This document shows positions 26,330-34,993 of a stretch of DNA of 54,879 nucleotides, piece by piece (the stretch's first letter is position 1; each line of letters begins with the position of its first letter). Under the pieces are notes generated by a model that searched no databases, had not been told where the DNA came from, and saw only the letters and a program-made list of their open reading frames with translations. Source of the DNA: a virus (taxonomy: Duplodnaviria > Caudoviricetes); IMG/VR virus record IMGVR_UViG_3300036831_000090, positions 1 to 54,879 of that record; one strand, given 5' to 3'. Both the position numbers and the translations under genes were made by a program.

Positions 26330-26511
26330 TGAGCGAATGGCTGGCCCTGGCGCGTGACATCGTGGAGAAGGCGCAACGGATCCGCGAGGAATTGCCGACC
26401 TGTATTCGGTGCGGCTGCAACTGGCCGAAGGAATACTTGGACGCGAAAAAAGTATGCCCGAACTGCCGCGGAGAAAAAGTTATTGATCCCGTAGTTGGGC
26501 GCGAAAGCTAA
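26329..26511 (+). CDS. Small zinc-ribbon protein
   Basis: MSEWLALARD...CIRC...CPNC. Confidence 0.55.
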   Translation: MSEWLALARDIVEKAQRIREELPTCIRCGCNWPKEYLDAKKVCPNCRGEKVIDPVVGRES

Positions 26512-26525
26512 ATTCTGGAGGGAAA

Positions 26526-27287
26526 ATGTCGGAAACACGTCTGGCACTTACCGATCAGTCGAAACTCACTTCCGTTCTCGCGGTCCTGCAGCACAAGGCG
26601 GCGTCGATCGTCGTCAAGGATGCCGAAACCTGCCTCGAGGCCAAGACCGCGCAGCGTGACGTCCGCAACTACCTGAAAGACGTCAAGGCCAAGCTGGATC
26701 CGTTCGTAAACTCCGCCAAGGCCGCGTACGACGCCGCGAAGGACGAGCGCGCCCGATGGCTGACGCCGGCGGAGGCGATCGACGAAGCGCTGGCCGTAAA
26801 GGTCAAGACCTACGAGCGTATCGAGCGCGAAGCCGCCGAGGCCGAGACTCGTCGCGTCAACGAGCATAACCGCCGCGCCGCCGAAGCTCGCGCGAAGGCC
26901 GAGCGCGCCGAGGCCGACCGCCTGGCCGCTGAGGTACGCAAGGAAAACGAGAAGCGCATAGCGGAGGCGCAGAAGGCTGGCGACCTGAAGAAGCGCGAAG
27001 CCGAGAAAATGCGCAAGGAAGCGGCCGAAGCCGAGGCCCGGGCGAAGGCCATCGCCGCCGAGGAAGCCGCGCGCACTGCGGCGAACGTGCAAACGGTCAC
27101 AGTGGCGCCGTCCATCCCGAAGGTGGCTGGTGTGCCGTCGCGGCGCAACTACCGCGCGCGCATCATCGACGTCGCGAAGATTCCCGATCAGTGGTGGATT
27201 GTCGACATCCAATCGCTGAACGCCGAGGCCCGCGAGCAGAAGAAAGTCGGGGAGATTATCCCTGGCGTGATGTTCGAAGAATTTTAA
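26526..27287 (+). CDS. Coiled-coil phage protein typical of recombination modules
   Basis: 253 aa, EAE/RRA coil; C-terminal D..KIP..W....IPGV.F; GGAGG RBS; precedes recombinase. Confidence 0.7.
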   Translation: MSETRLALTDQSKLTSVLAVLQHKAASIVVKDAETCLEAKTAQRDVRNYLKDVKAKLDPFVNSAKAAYDAAKDERARWLTPAEAIDEALAVKVKTYERIEREAAEAETRRVNEHNRRAAEARAKAERAEADRLAAEVRKENEKRIAEAQKAGDLKKREAEKMRKEAAEAEARAKAIAAEEAARTAANVQTVTVAPSIPKVAGVPSRRNYRARIIDVAKIPDQWWIVDIQSLNAEAREQKKVGEIIPGVMFEEF

Positions 27288-27400
27288 GGCTTGTCGGCAG
27301 TGAGCCACGACCCTCCGGTCAGTTCCAGGTGGCTCTAAGCCGCAAGGTGCGAGGTGGGCCACTGGCGTTAGAAGCGCGTCTTAGTCACGGCGGCCCTAAT
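27288..27400 (+). ncRNA. Candidate structured intergenic RNA upstream of the recombinase gene
   Basis: Nested pairing GGCTT/AAGCC and GAGCCAC/GTGGCTC, then GGGCC/GGCCC. Confidence 0.35.
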
Positions 27401-27417
27401 CGCACACGGAGGATTCG

Positions 27418-28542
27418 ATGAAAGCAGTAGTGAAGCGCAAGCCGCGGGCAGTGAAGCGCAAGCCGGAAATCAAACCGCAAACGGTTGCGCTCGCGGTCGG
27501 GCCGGTGTCCGAGAAGCCGTGGCTCCTGACGTCCGACGAAGTAACCCTAATAAAGAACAACGTCGCCAAGGGCGCGTCGGACGAGGAATTGAAATTCCTG
27601 TTGACGGTCGCGCGCCGCTACCGGCTCGACCCGTTCAAGCAGCAGATTTGGTTTGTCCGACGGTGGGACAGGAGTGCCGACAATGGACAGGGCGGCAAGG
27701 GCGCGCACGTCTGGACGCCGCAAGTGGGCATCAACGGGCTGCTATTCGCCGCGGGACGCGATCATAAGCAGGATCTTGGCTCCGTGTCGGTGCCCGAATA
27801 TGGCCCGATGCTGAAGGTTGGCACGGTCCTCGCGCCGGAGTGGGCCCGGGTGAAGGTCTACAAGAAGGGCGAAAGCATTCCCACTGAGGCGGAAGCGTGG
27901 TGGACGGAATACGCACCTGCCGAGCTCTACAGGGCGCCGTTCTGGAAACGGATGCCGCGGCGGATGCTGGCCAAGTGCGCGACGGCCCTAGCCATCCGCC
28001 AAGCCTATCCCGACCTCGGAGGGCTGTACATCCCTGAGGAAATGGACCGCATGGCCGAGGACGTCACCCCGAGCGGGCGCCAGATCGTGCAGGACGGTGG
28101 CTCGGTAGCGGCCGCAGAGCAAGTCGCGCAGCGCAAGATCGAAGCGCACAAGGAAGGGAAGGTAATCGACGTGGCGCCGGAACCTGAGCCGGAAGTGGTG
28201 ACGATAGCGCTTGCAGAGTTCATGGAAGGGGTTCTATCGGTCACGGGCACCGAAGGACTGGCCATCTTGAAGGCCGAGATCGAGACGGAAACGCTCAAGG
28301 AGTTGGGATTCCGCAAGGACGGCGAGCACCTGACCATTCCCGCGAAGAACGCCTTTAAACTCGAGGACCTGTGCAAGCGCGCGAAGGTCGTGCCACACTG
28401 GATCCAGACTTCGCCAGAGCAATCCCCTGCGCCGGCGAACGGCGGGGCGGCCGAGGGCGCAAAGACTCCCGAAGCCGCTCCGTCGAAAAGGAAGCGCACC
28501 ACGAAGAAAGCGCCGGAGGCAGAACAGGGCAGCTTGCTGTGA
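27418..28542 (+). CDS. bet: RecT/Red-beta (Bet) single-strand annealing recombinase
   Basis: E...FL..A...RLDPF.QQIWFV, QVGING, W.RMP.RMLAKCA...A.RQAYP.LGGLY..EEM. Confidence 0.88.
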   Translation: MKAVVKRKPRAVKRKPEIKPQTVALAVGPVSEKPWLLTSDEVTLIKNNVAKGASDEELKFLLTVARRYRLDPFKQQIWFVRRWDRSADNGQGGKGAHVWTPQVGINGLLFAAGRDHKQDLGSVSVPEYGPMLKVGTVLAPEWARVKVYKKGESIPTEAEAWWTEYAPAELYRAPFWKRMPRRMLAKCATALAIRQAYPDLGGLYIPEEMDRMAEDVTPSGRQIVQDGGSVAAAEQVAQRKIEAHKEGKVIDVAPEPEPEVVTIALAEFMEGVLSVTGTEGLAILKAEIETETLKELGFRKDGEHLTIPAKNAFKLEDLCKRAKVVPHWIQTSPEQSPAPANGGAAEGAKTPEAAPSKRKRTTKKAPEAEQGSLL

Positions 28543-28750
28543 AAAAGGCAATCCGAGAATTACTGGATCGAAAAAATAAACTCGTACCCAGTATGTTTGA
28601 GGATAAGCGGCTGTCTCCGAGAAATCGCCACGACATATACATGAACGCGATTCGAGAATTACGCGACTACCACGCGAGGGAAAAGCAGGAAATTCAGTGG
28701 CTCATTGAGCAGTTGGAGAAACTCGCCGCTGATTCCCTGAACAAAAGAAC

Positions 28751-28990
28751 ATGAGCGACGAAGCGCGGGTTGATGTCGATAACGAATGGCGCACCTTCCA
28801 TCGGGTGTGGCCGCTCGACCTATACAACGAAGTCAAACACTTCGACTCGATGGTGGCCGACGCGATGGGACTGCCGCCCGACTACAAGAGCATAGGAGTT
28901 TCTACCGAAGTTTGGACCGTAATTACCCAGCACCTCCGCGACACCCAGGATGCGCTGGTCGCGCTCGCGAAAGAGAAGGCCACCCGATGA
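28751..28990 (+). CDS. Hypothetical protein
   Basis: 79 aa, ATGA couplings at both ends. Confidence 0.55.
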   Translation: MSDEARVDVDNEWRTFHRVWPLDLYNEVKHFDSMVADAMGLPPDYKSIGVSTEVWTVITQHLRDTQDALVALAKEKATR

Positions 28991-29162
28991 ATGCCGATCA
29001 TATCCAGAACATGCAGCGCACGGCGCTCGAAAGCACGCACTTGGAATGGTTGGCGCTCGGAATCTTGTGCGAGATCGCGCTCCAACTGCAGCGCCACAAC
29101 GACATTCAGGAGCAGTCGCTCGCGTCGCTGAAGAAAGTGACCGGCGAAAATCCGAAATAGAG

Positions 29163-29179
29163 TTATCCACATTTCCACA
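29163..29179 (+). promoter_or_regulatory. DnaA box TTATCCACA plus overlapping near-consensus box
   Basis: ttatccaca at 29163-29171, atttccaca at 29171-29179, upstream of the initiator gene. Confidence 0.65.
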
Positions 29180-29263
29180 ATAGTGTCGGAAAAAATGGTT
29201 TGCTTTGAGAGTTGGAAATATCATAGCGTGCTCGCTGCCGAGATTACAGTTTGTGGCACACGA

Positions 29264-29319
29264 CGATTGGCCGGGGAGCCCTTATCTCCTCGGCCGGTCG
29301 CCGCTCATAAGGGGAGCGG
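29264..29319 (+). ncRNA. Tandem hairpins with complementary 7-nt loops (CCCUUAU / AUAAGGG) covering the initiator RBS
   Basis: Stem 1: 29264-29278/29286-29300. Stem 2: CCGCUC/GAGCGG at 29301-29319. Confidence 0.55.
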
Positions 29320-29329
29320 GTCGACTCCA

Positions 29330-30133
29330 TTGCAAAAACCACCTGCCTTTCAGTTCTACGCAAAAGACTGGCGAAGCAGCCCAACAATCGCACAGATGAC
29401 GCTAAGTGAACGCGGCATGTTCATTACCATGTTGGCCGCTGCGTGGGACTCCGATGAGCCGGGAACTTTACCCCTCCCACTGTCGGCTTTGTGCAAAGTG
29501 GCGCAACTTAGGCTCCGAGATGTGCGCCATTTCTTAGCCAAATATCCACAACTGTGGCGCAACGATGGCGCAAGATTGGTCAACGATAAACTTTCTGAAA
29601 ATTGGGCAAACTATTTAGAATTAAGGGATAAGAGGAAAAAGGCCGCTGAGGTAAGGCATGCAAATGCACCACACATGCAGCAGTCTGCTCCTGCTCCTGC
29701 ATCTGCATCTACTCCTGAGACCTTAAATCTTAAACCAACGGGCGAACTTTTTGGCTTTGAAGTGTTTTGGGAAGCGTATCCGAAACAGATAGGAAAACCT
29801 GCCGCTAAAAGAGCGTGGCTTCGTTCAGTGAAAGCGGACATTCTCTGGCCAGAAGTAGTCGATGGATTGGAGCGCTGGAAACTTTCCGAGCAATGGCTCG
29901 ATCAGCAATATATTCCTCATCCCGAAAAATTCCTGAACGAAAGGCGATGGCAAGACAAACCATTGGAGGGCACGAAACGTGAGCGACAAATTGAGCAATC
30001 CTTCCGCGAGAGCGTCGAGCTCGCCCGTGAGTACGGCATCGGAGAAGATGATCTTCAAATGGGTGACACTCCTCGACGTGCATTACAACCGGCGCGAACT
30101 CTTCTCACCCGAAGAAAAGAAAATCTACATTGA
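29330..30133 (+). CDS. Replication initiator, DUF1376/YdaU-like N-terminus with DnaT-like C-terminal region
   Basis: KPPAFQFYAKDW...ERG.FI.ML, repetitive SAPAPASAS linker, FE.FWEAYPK..GK..A.RAW, IPHP..FLN.RRW.D; TTG start assumed. Confidence 0.8.
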   Translation: MQKPPAFQFYAKDWRSSPTIAQMTLSERGMFITMLAAAWDSDEPGTLPLPLSALCKVAQLRLRDVRHFLAKYPQLWRNDGARLVNDKLSENWANYLELRDKRKKAAEVRHANAPHMQQSAPAPASASTPETLNLKPTGELFGFEVFWEAYPKQIGKPAAKRAWLRSVKADILWPEVVDGLERWKLSEQWLDQQYIPHPEKFLNERRWQDKPLEGTKRERQIEQSFRESVELAREYGIGEDDLQMGDTPRRALQPARTLLTRRKENLH

Positions 30134-30488
30134 GGGTCTGCGAGAGTATCCACACGACCGCTTGGAGTCAGCATTCCATCGGGCGATGCACGAATGCGAA
30201 TTTATGCCGAAGGTTGCGGACATCGTAAAGCGACTACCGGATGTCGAGCCAAAGAGTTACCACGAAAGTGGCGATTTTGTTCCAATCAAGGATTGGTACG
30301 AGCCCTACACATCCACCTCAAAACTACACATCTGGCAGGACATTCACGGAAATAAACGGGTCGCTCCGGTGAAACTGAAAGATGGCGAACGACCTCCGCA
30401 AATCGGTCCCGATGCGCCCGAAGATCAAATGTCTTGGGCCGAGGCGTGGGCGAAGATCAAAGGAATCTCGCGGGACAAAACACTGTGA
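29979..30488 (+). CDS. Putative helicase loader/inhibitor
   Basis: Follows the initiator; L..YP...L..A......FMPKVADI motif. Confidence 0.55.
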   Translation: MSDKLSNPSARASSSPVSTASEKMIFKWVTLLDVHYNRRELFSPEEKKIYIEGLREYPHDRLESAFHRAMHECEFMPKVADIVKRLPDVEPKSYHESGDFVPIKDWYEPYTSTSKLHIWQDIHGNKRVAPVKLKDGERPPQIGPDAPEDQMSWAEAWAKIKGISRDKTL

Positions 30489-31002
30489 ATGACCGAAGGA
30501 TGAAAGATTTCACGGCGGCGCGCAAGGAGTCGCGCACTGGGCCGCGTTGGGCCTACCACGAGGAACGCGTAGGGCGCCGACTGAGTGAATCCGAAAAAGT
30601 TATCTGGCGGAAAGCGAGCCAACGATGAACGAAAACGAGATTTCCAGAAGACTGATGGCGCTCGTCGAACTGAAGCGGCCGGAATACCCGCGACTGACGG
30701 CGCACTACTTTATCAAGCTGATTGTGCCGGAAGTATCGAAGATGCTCAAAGAGTCGGCGGCGGAAGAACGCCGCCGGAGGCCAACGGTGCAGGAGTAGCC
30801 AGTTCCGGAGATGCTGAACTCCGAGCGCGAGACGGAGCAGCAACAACGACGGTCGCGGTCCCGACGACGCTCCAAAGAATCGGGCACCTATTGAGGCGAT
30901 TTAAGCGATCGAAAGCGGCAGGATGATGCAAAGTGGCTTGGAAAATAGATCGTCGCTCGGCTACCAGCCCGCTTTGCGGGAATCGGCATTCTGGAGGGTG
31001 TT

Positions 31003-31353
31003 TTGAAGCGTTCGAAGACCAAGCGACCAGCCTACATTCTCATGGAGACCTACTTCCGAGAGTTGGGAATCGCTTATGCGGAAGAATGGAAGTTTTCGTC
31101 CCAACGCAAATGGCGTTTCGACTACGCTTTTACGTTGTTTGGACCTCGGCGACTGTTCGGCGTCGAAATCGAGGGCGGTTCGTGGGTTCAGGGGCGCCAC
31201 ACCCGCGGCAAGGGATTTCAGGACGACCTCGAGAAGTACCAAGAAGCAGCGGTTCTCGGATGGGTAGTCCTGCGATTTTCGACGCAAGATGTCTTGAACG
31301 GGCGGGCGAAAGACGTGATCAAGCGGGCGATCCGCTATCAACTGGAAGGGTGA
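31003..31353 (+). CDS. DUF559/Vsr-like PD-(D/E)xK endonuclease
   Basis: RKWRFDYA, VEIEGG.W..GRHTRG.GF..D.EKY..A...GW.VLRF. Confidence 0.85.
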   Translation: MKRSKTKRPAYILMETYFRELGIAYAEEWKFSSQRKWRFDYAFTLFGPRRLFGVEIEGGSWVQGRHTRGKGFQDDLEKYQEAAVLGWVVLRFSTQDVLNGRAKDVIKRAIRYQLEG

Positions 31354-31356
31354 GGG

Positions 31357-31728
31357 ATGGCCTGGGCGAGATTTCGTACGATCGAGGCGGATGCTCTGAG
31401 GCTCGCGGCGCTGAAAAGCGGCAGATTCAAGAGCCGCAAATCCCGCATCGGGATCCGGCCCGACGGCACGGAGTTCGAGGACTTGGCCGGCGTCGACCGG
31501 GAACGGCGCCGACACGAAGTTTGGGTGCGGGCCGAGAACAAGTGCCAAGGTTGCGGAGCGTTTCTCTTTGAGCATCAGGGTGATTGGGACCACATCCGGT
31601 CGCGCGGCCGCGGCGGGGACGACTCGCTCGAAAATGGGCAGTGGCTGGGGAATAGATTCTCGGCGTGTCAGTGTCACATCAAGAAGCACGTTCGGGTGAT
31701 GCCGCTACGGCGAGCACGCGGGCAGTAG
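31357..31728 (+). CDS. HNH endonuclease
   Basis: CQGC, DHIRSRGRGGDD.LEN...C..CH..KH. Confidence 0.8.
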   Translation: MAWARFRTIEADALRLAALKSGRFKSRKSRIGIRPDGTEFEDLAGVDRERRRHEVWVRAENKCQGCGAFLFEHQGDWDHIRSRGRGGDDSLENGQWLGNRFSACQCHIKKHVRVMPLRRARGQ

Positions 31729-31738
31729 GGGGTAGCGC

Positions 31739-32029
31739 ATGGGCGATGAATTCGAATGGCAACCTGCTCGATACAAAGGGCCGTGTCCTGATGAAAATAA
31801 GAACATTTATCGCCGAAAGACTATCTCTAAACCGAAAATTGGTCCGAAAAAGAGGATTGGATTCTTGATGCGAGTTCGGCCCGTAGAGCCTGCGCATAAT
31901 GTGGAAATTAAGTGCGGCGGCCGTCTGCTGCAAGTTCATCCCGACGACGTTGCCCGCGCTCTCGATCTAATTCCAGAAGAGGAGTATTCGGTATTTGTCT
32001 TATGTGAGCACCGAGTTTGCACGGATTAG
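31739..32029 (+). CDS. Hypothetical protein
   Basis: 96-aa ORF. Confidence 0.5.
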   Translation: MGDEFEWQPARYKGPCPDENKNIYRRKTISKPKIGPKKRIGFLMRVRPVEPAHNVEIKCGGRLLQVHPDDVARALDLIPEEEYSVFVLCEHRVCTD

Positions 32030-32090
32030 CCGGGTCGCCACAGGAAGGCTAAAAGACGCAGTTAACGCAGCAACTAAGAGGAGTAACGAT

Positions 32091-32399
32091 ATGAAATCAG
32101 TGGTGATAATTTTTGGATTTCTCATTATGGGCATCGGCGTGTATCGACTGGCGAAGTTGGATGCCGACAGATACTATGCCGCTCGTCCTGTCGCGGCTCC
32201 GGTAGATTATCAAAAATCAGTGGGCCAATTCCCAATTCAAGTCGTTAAAGATGACGACCCGGAAGATCTCCTGTCTTTCATTTACGGATATGTAACTATT
32301 GCCTGCAGGAATGAGAACGAACGTGGAATGTGTGAGCTTCAAAAAGACATGGAAATAAGAATGCCTCACTTCATGTATGAACTTGCGCGTCATGAATGA
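32091..32399 (+). CDS. Membrane-anchored hypothetical protein (AT-rich)
   Basis: GAGGAG RBS, N-terminal TM helix; flanked by 12-bp direct repeats. Confidence 0.6.
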   Translation: MKSVVIIFGFLIMGIGVYRLAKLDADRYYAARPVAAPVDYQKSVGQFPIQVVKDDDPEDLLSFIYGYVTIACRNENERGMCELQKDMEIRMPHFMYELARHE

Positions 32400-32466
32400 G
32401 TGGCGCAGCAACTAATCGGTTTTTAGTCCCACAGAGGCAACCCGTATTTGCAAGTGCGATGGAGGA

Positions 32467-32961
32467 GTGACGATGAAGTTCTACTTGGACACTGAATTTA
32501 TCGAGGCGGGTCCTTATCGGCCCGTTCAATTAATCAGCATTGGATTGGTTTCTGAGAAAGGATCGACTCTTTACGCCGAGAGTTCGGAGTTTAATAGTGC
32601 CGACGCTAGTGAATGGGTGCTGGACAATGTGCTTCCACATCTCGGCAATCCCGAATCGCGTGAAAAGCTGGCATCAATCGGAGAGCGAATTAAGTGGTTT
32701 GTTAACGGGGAAAACGAGGGGAAGATAGAGTTCTGGGGATACTACGCAGATTATGATTGGGTTGTTTTCTGCCAGATTTTCGGAACGATGATGGACCTTC
32801 CCAAGGGTTTCCCAATGTATTGCCGAGACATTAAGCAGTTGTGCGATTCTCTCGGCAATCCAAAGTTACCAGAACAATCGAGCACTGAGCATAATGCGTT
32901 GAACGACGCACTGTGGAATAAAACGGCGCACGAGTTCCTGAATGAGCGGGGTCGCCACTGA
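32467..32961 (+). CDS. DEDDh 3'-5' exoribonuclease (Rv2179c/DUF5051-like)
   Basis: FYLDTEF, LISIGLV, WV..NVLPHL, YYADYDWV, HNALNDA. Confidence 0.85.
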   Translation: MTMKFYLDTEFIEAGPYRPVQLISIGLVSEKGSTLYAESSEFNSADASEWVLDNVLPHLGNPESREKLASIGERIKWFVNGENEGKIEFWGYYADYDWVVFCQIFGTMMDLPKGFPMYCRDIKQLCDSLGNPKLPEQSSTEHNALNDALWNKTAHEFLNERGRH

Positions 32962-33022
32962 GATGCTAAATCCCAAGCGTTAGCGCACCCACCAAGAGCA
33001 CGAAGGAGGAGGTTTACGGACC

Positions 33023-33370
33023 ATGAGCGCCATTCGTGAGTTGAAAGCAAAGTATCCACATCCGGTGCGGGCTATTGGTGCCGATCTAGATTGCTATTGC
33101 GTGGGCGGAGCTTTCTGCTTGGAATTCGATAAAGAACTCTCCGAGGATCATCGGCACTTTCCAAACGCTTACGAGTTATTCCGATCCGTACTGAAGTTTC
33201 GTGAGTTAGAACGCGATCTCTTGCCAGATGCTGATTACGACAAGATGCTGGATCTGGCAGAGGGCGTCACGCAAGCCAATGACATCGGCAGTTTCACTGC
33301 AGCATGGAAGTTGCTAGGAAAACTGCTGACCGCTCGCGTTAGACAGGAATTTCCGCAGGGGCAGCCATGA
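33023..33370 (+). CDS. Hypothetical protein
   Basis: GGAGG RBS; YCVGGA, AND...F..A. Confidence 0.65.
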   Translation: MSAIRELKAKYPHPVRAIGADLDCYCVGGAFCLEFDKELSEDHRHFPNAYELFRSVLKFRELERDLLPDADYDKMLDLAEGVTQANDIGSFTAAWKLLGKLLTARVRQEFPQGQP

Positions 33371-33546
33371 GCGCCGACGAACGCGCCACACAAGCCGCTG
33401 GGCGAATAATCATACTTACAAACCCCACATCGATATGGAAATTCTGGCTTTGGAAGAAGTGTCGGAAAAATGTAGAAATATGTTACGTCCAAGATGAAGG
33501 GCCGATTGTTTTACTGTGGCCCATTGGAAGGAAGGTTCAGCCATGA
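33367..33546 (+). CDS. Small hypothetical protein MSADERATQ (59 aa)
   Basis: Not in track; ATGA overlaps at both ends. Confidence 0.5.
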   Translation: MSADERATQAAGRIIILTNPTSIWKFWLWKKCRKNVEICYVQDEGPIVLLWPIGRKVQP

Positions 33547-33716
33547 GCGCCGACGAACGCGCCGCCAAAGTTTCATCCGGGGAAGTTCGCCACCTAATAA
33601 AGTGCTACCAAAAGGATTTGCGTACCGAAACTCAGGCTTCGGAAACAGTTCGAGATTCCATAAGGAAGATGATTTCTATCTTGAAAGAACTTTTGACGCT
33701 GCGGAGGAAGCCATGA
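33543..33716 (+). CDS. Small hypothetical protein MSADERAAK (57 aa)
   Basis: ATGA overlaps at both ends. Confidence 0.55.
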   Translation: MSADERAAKVSSGEVRHLIKCYQKDLRTETQASETVRDSIRKMISILKELLTLRRKP

Positions 33717-34561
33717 GCAACGAGCCAGCCAAGCGGCACGAAAAGAAGCGGAGCGAATTCAATTCTCCCGCTGAATGGGAAGCCTATCTCGATTCGATGA
33801 GCGACAAGGGAGCCGCCGAGCCGATGGTGCTGTTGAGCCAGTTGGACGCAATTTTTAATGAGCGGGATAAGAAACGTGGCGGAATTGGTGACGATATACT
33901 CGCTGATCGCTGGACGATAAAACAGATACTTAACTTGCGAGAAGCCGCCAAGCAACCCGCACCGCCCGCGCCGGAATGCACCTGTCACCATTGCTGCGCC
34001 GCCTTGGAGTCGAACGATACCGCACCCTGTGATTGTGGTTGCAAAGTTCACATGCCCGCGCCGGAGCCGCCATCCGAGACGGTGAGCGGCACGTTCGAGG
34101 AATGGTGGGCCACTTACGATCCGAAGGACCACGCGGGAACGATGCAAATGTTACGGGATGCGTGGAATGCCGCCGCCCTCGCCCAGCGTCCCGCGCCAGC
34201 CGTTGTGCCGGTTTGCCCAACGTGCTGTGGAAGTGGTCTTGTACCCGCAATGTTCTCCGAGGCTTACATCAAACACGCGATGGAGGAAGTCTCGAAATAT
34301 CTTACGGATCACGGATTCCCTGCGAGTGGGACAACATGTCGCCGTGTTGTGGAAATCGCAATAGACAGCGGTTGCGTGCCTCACGCCGCGCCAGCCGTTG
34401 TGCCGATGTCGGTGGAGGATGCTGCCCGAGCCAAGGCAGCCGATACTTGGGGCCATGTGTTTCAAGGTCTCGATGAGCCATGTGGATGCACAGAACATCG
34501 CAAGTTATTTCAACGGATCGACGAAATCAGGCGAGTGGCGCATATCAAAGGGCTTGAGTAA
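33713..34561 (+). CDS. Mosaic multi-module hypothetical protein (frame continues past TAA to 34714)
   Basis: GGAGG RBS; Cys-rich modules joined by PAP/APAVVP linkers; FEEWW...DAWNAA. Confidence 0.6.
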   Translation: MSNEPAKRHEKKRSEFNSPAEWEAYLDSMSDKGAAEPMVLLSQLDAIFNERDKKRGGIGDDILADRWTIKQILNLREAAKQPAPPAPECTCHHCCAALESNDTAPCDCGCKVHMPAPEPPSETVSGTFEEWWATYDPKDHAGTMQMLRDAWNAAALAQRPAPAVVPVCPTCCGSGLVPAMFSEAYIKHAMEEVSKYLTDHGFPASGTTCRRVVEIAIDSGCVPHAAPAVVPMSVEDAARAKAADTWGHVFQGLDEPCGCTEHRKLFQRIDEIRRVAHIKGLE

Positions 34562-34993
34562 GCGATGCTGCTGGCGATTCAAGAGCGAGACGTGCCGGAT
34601 TCAGAAGGCGGCAATATCATTCGGCATGATGCTTGCGACAATGTGCGGATTCTGATTCGTGAGGCCATCCGCGCCCTCGCCGCTCCCGTTCCCGGTTCGC
34701 CGGAGGGGAAATGAGCGACATCGCCCGACAGTTACATGAGATTGCCAGTGCGCTTGGGAGCATCGCTGGGGCAATTATCGGTGCTGCGATAATCAGGGCG
34801 TTTTTCAACAAGTAGAGGAGTCGATGCGCGCCCGACCCAAGATCAAGATTCGCAAGTGTCGGGGAGCGTGGTTTGTATTTATTCCCGGCGACATGCCCGA
34901 GATGCCGCGCTTCCGCGAGTTCCACCAGGCGCTCGACGCCGCGCTGTACGCTTTTTACCGGAACAAAGTTGAAAACTAACAAGGAGGAACCAA

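Noticed and set aside
29655-29716. Iteron-type origin within the initiator gene
   Set aside because: TGCA/CTGC(T/A) repeats are short and explained by the SAPAPASAS linker; an origin is possible but not supportable
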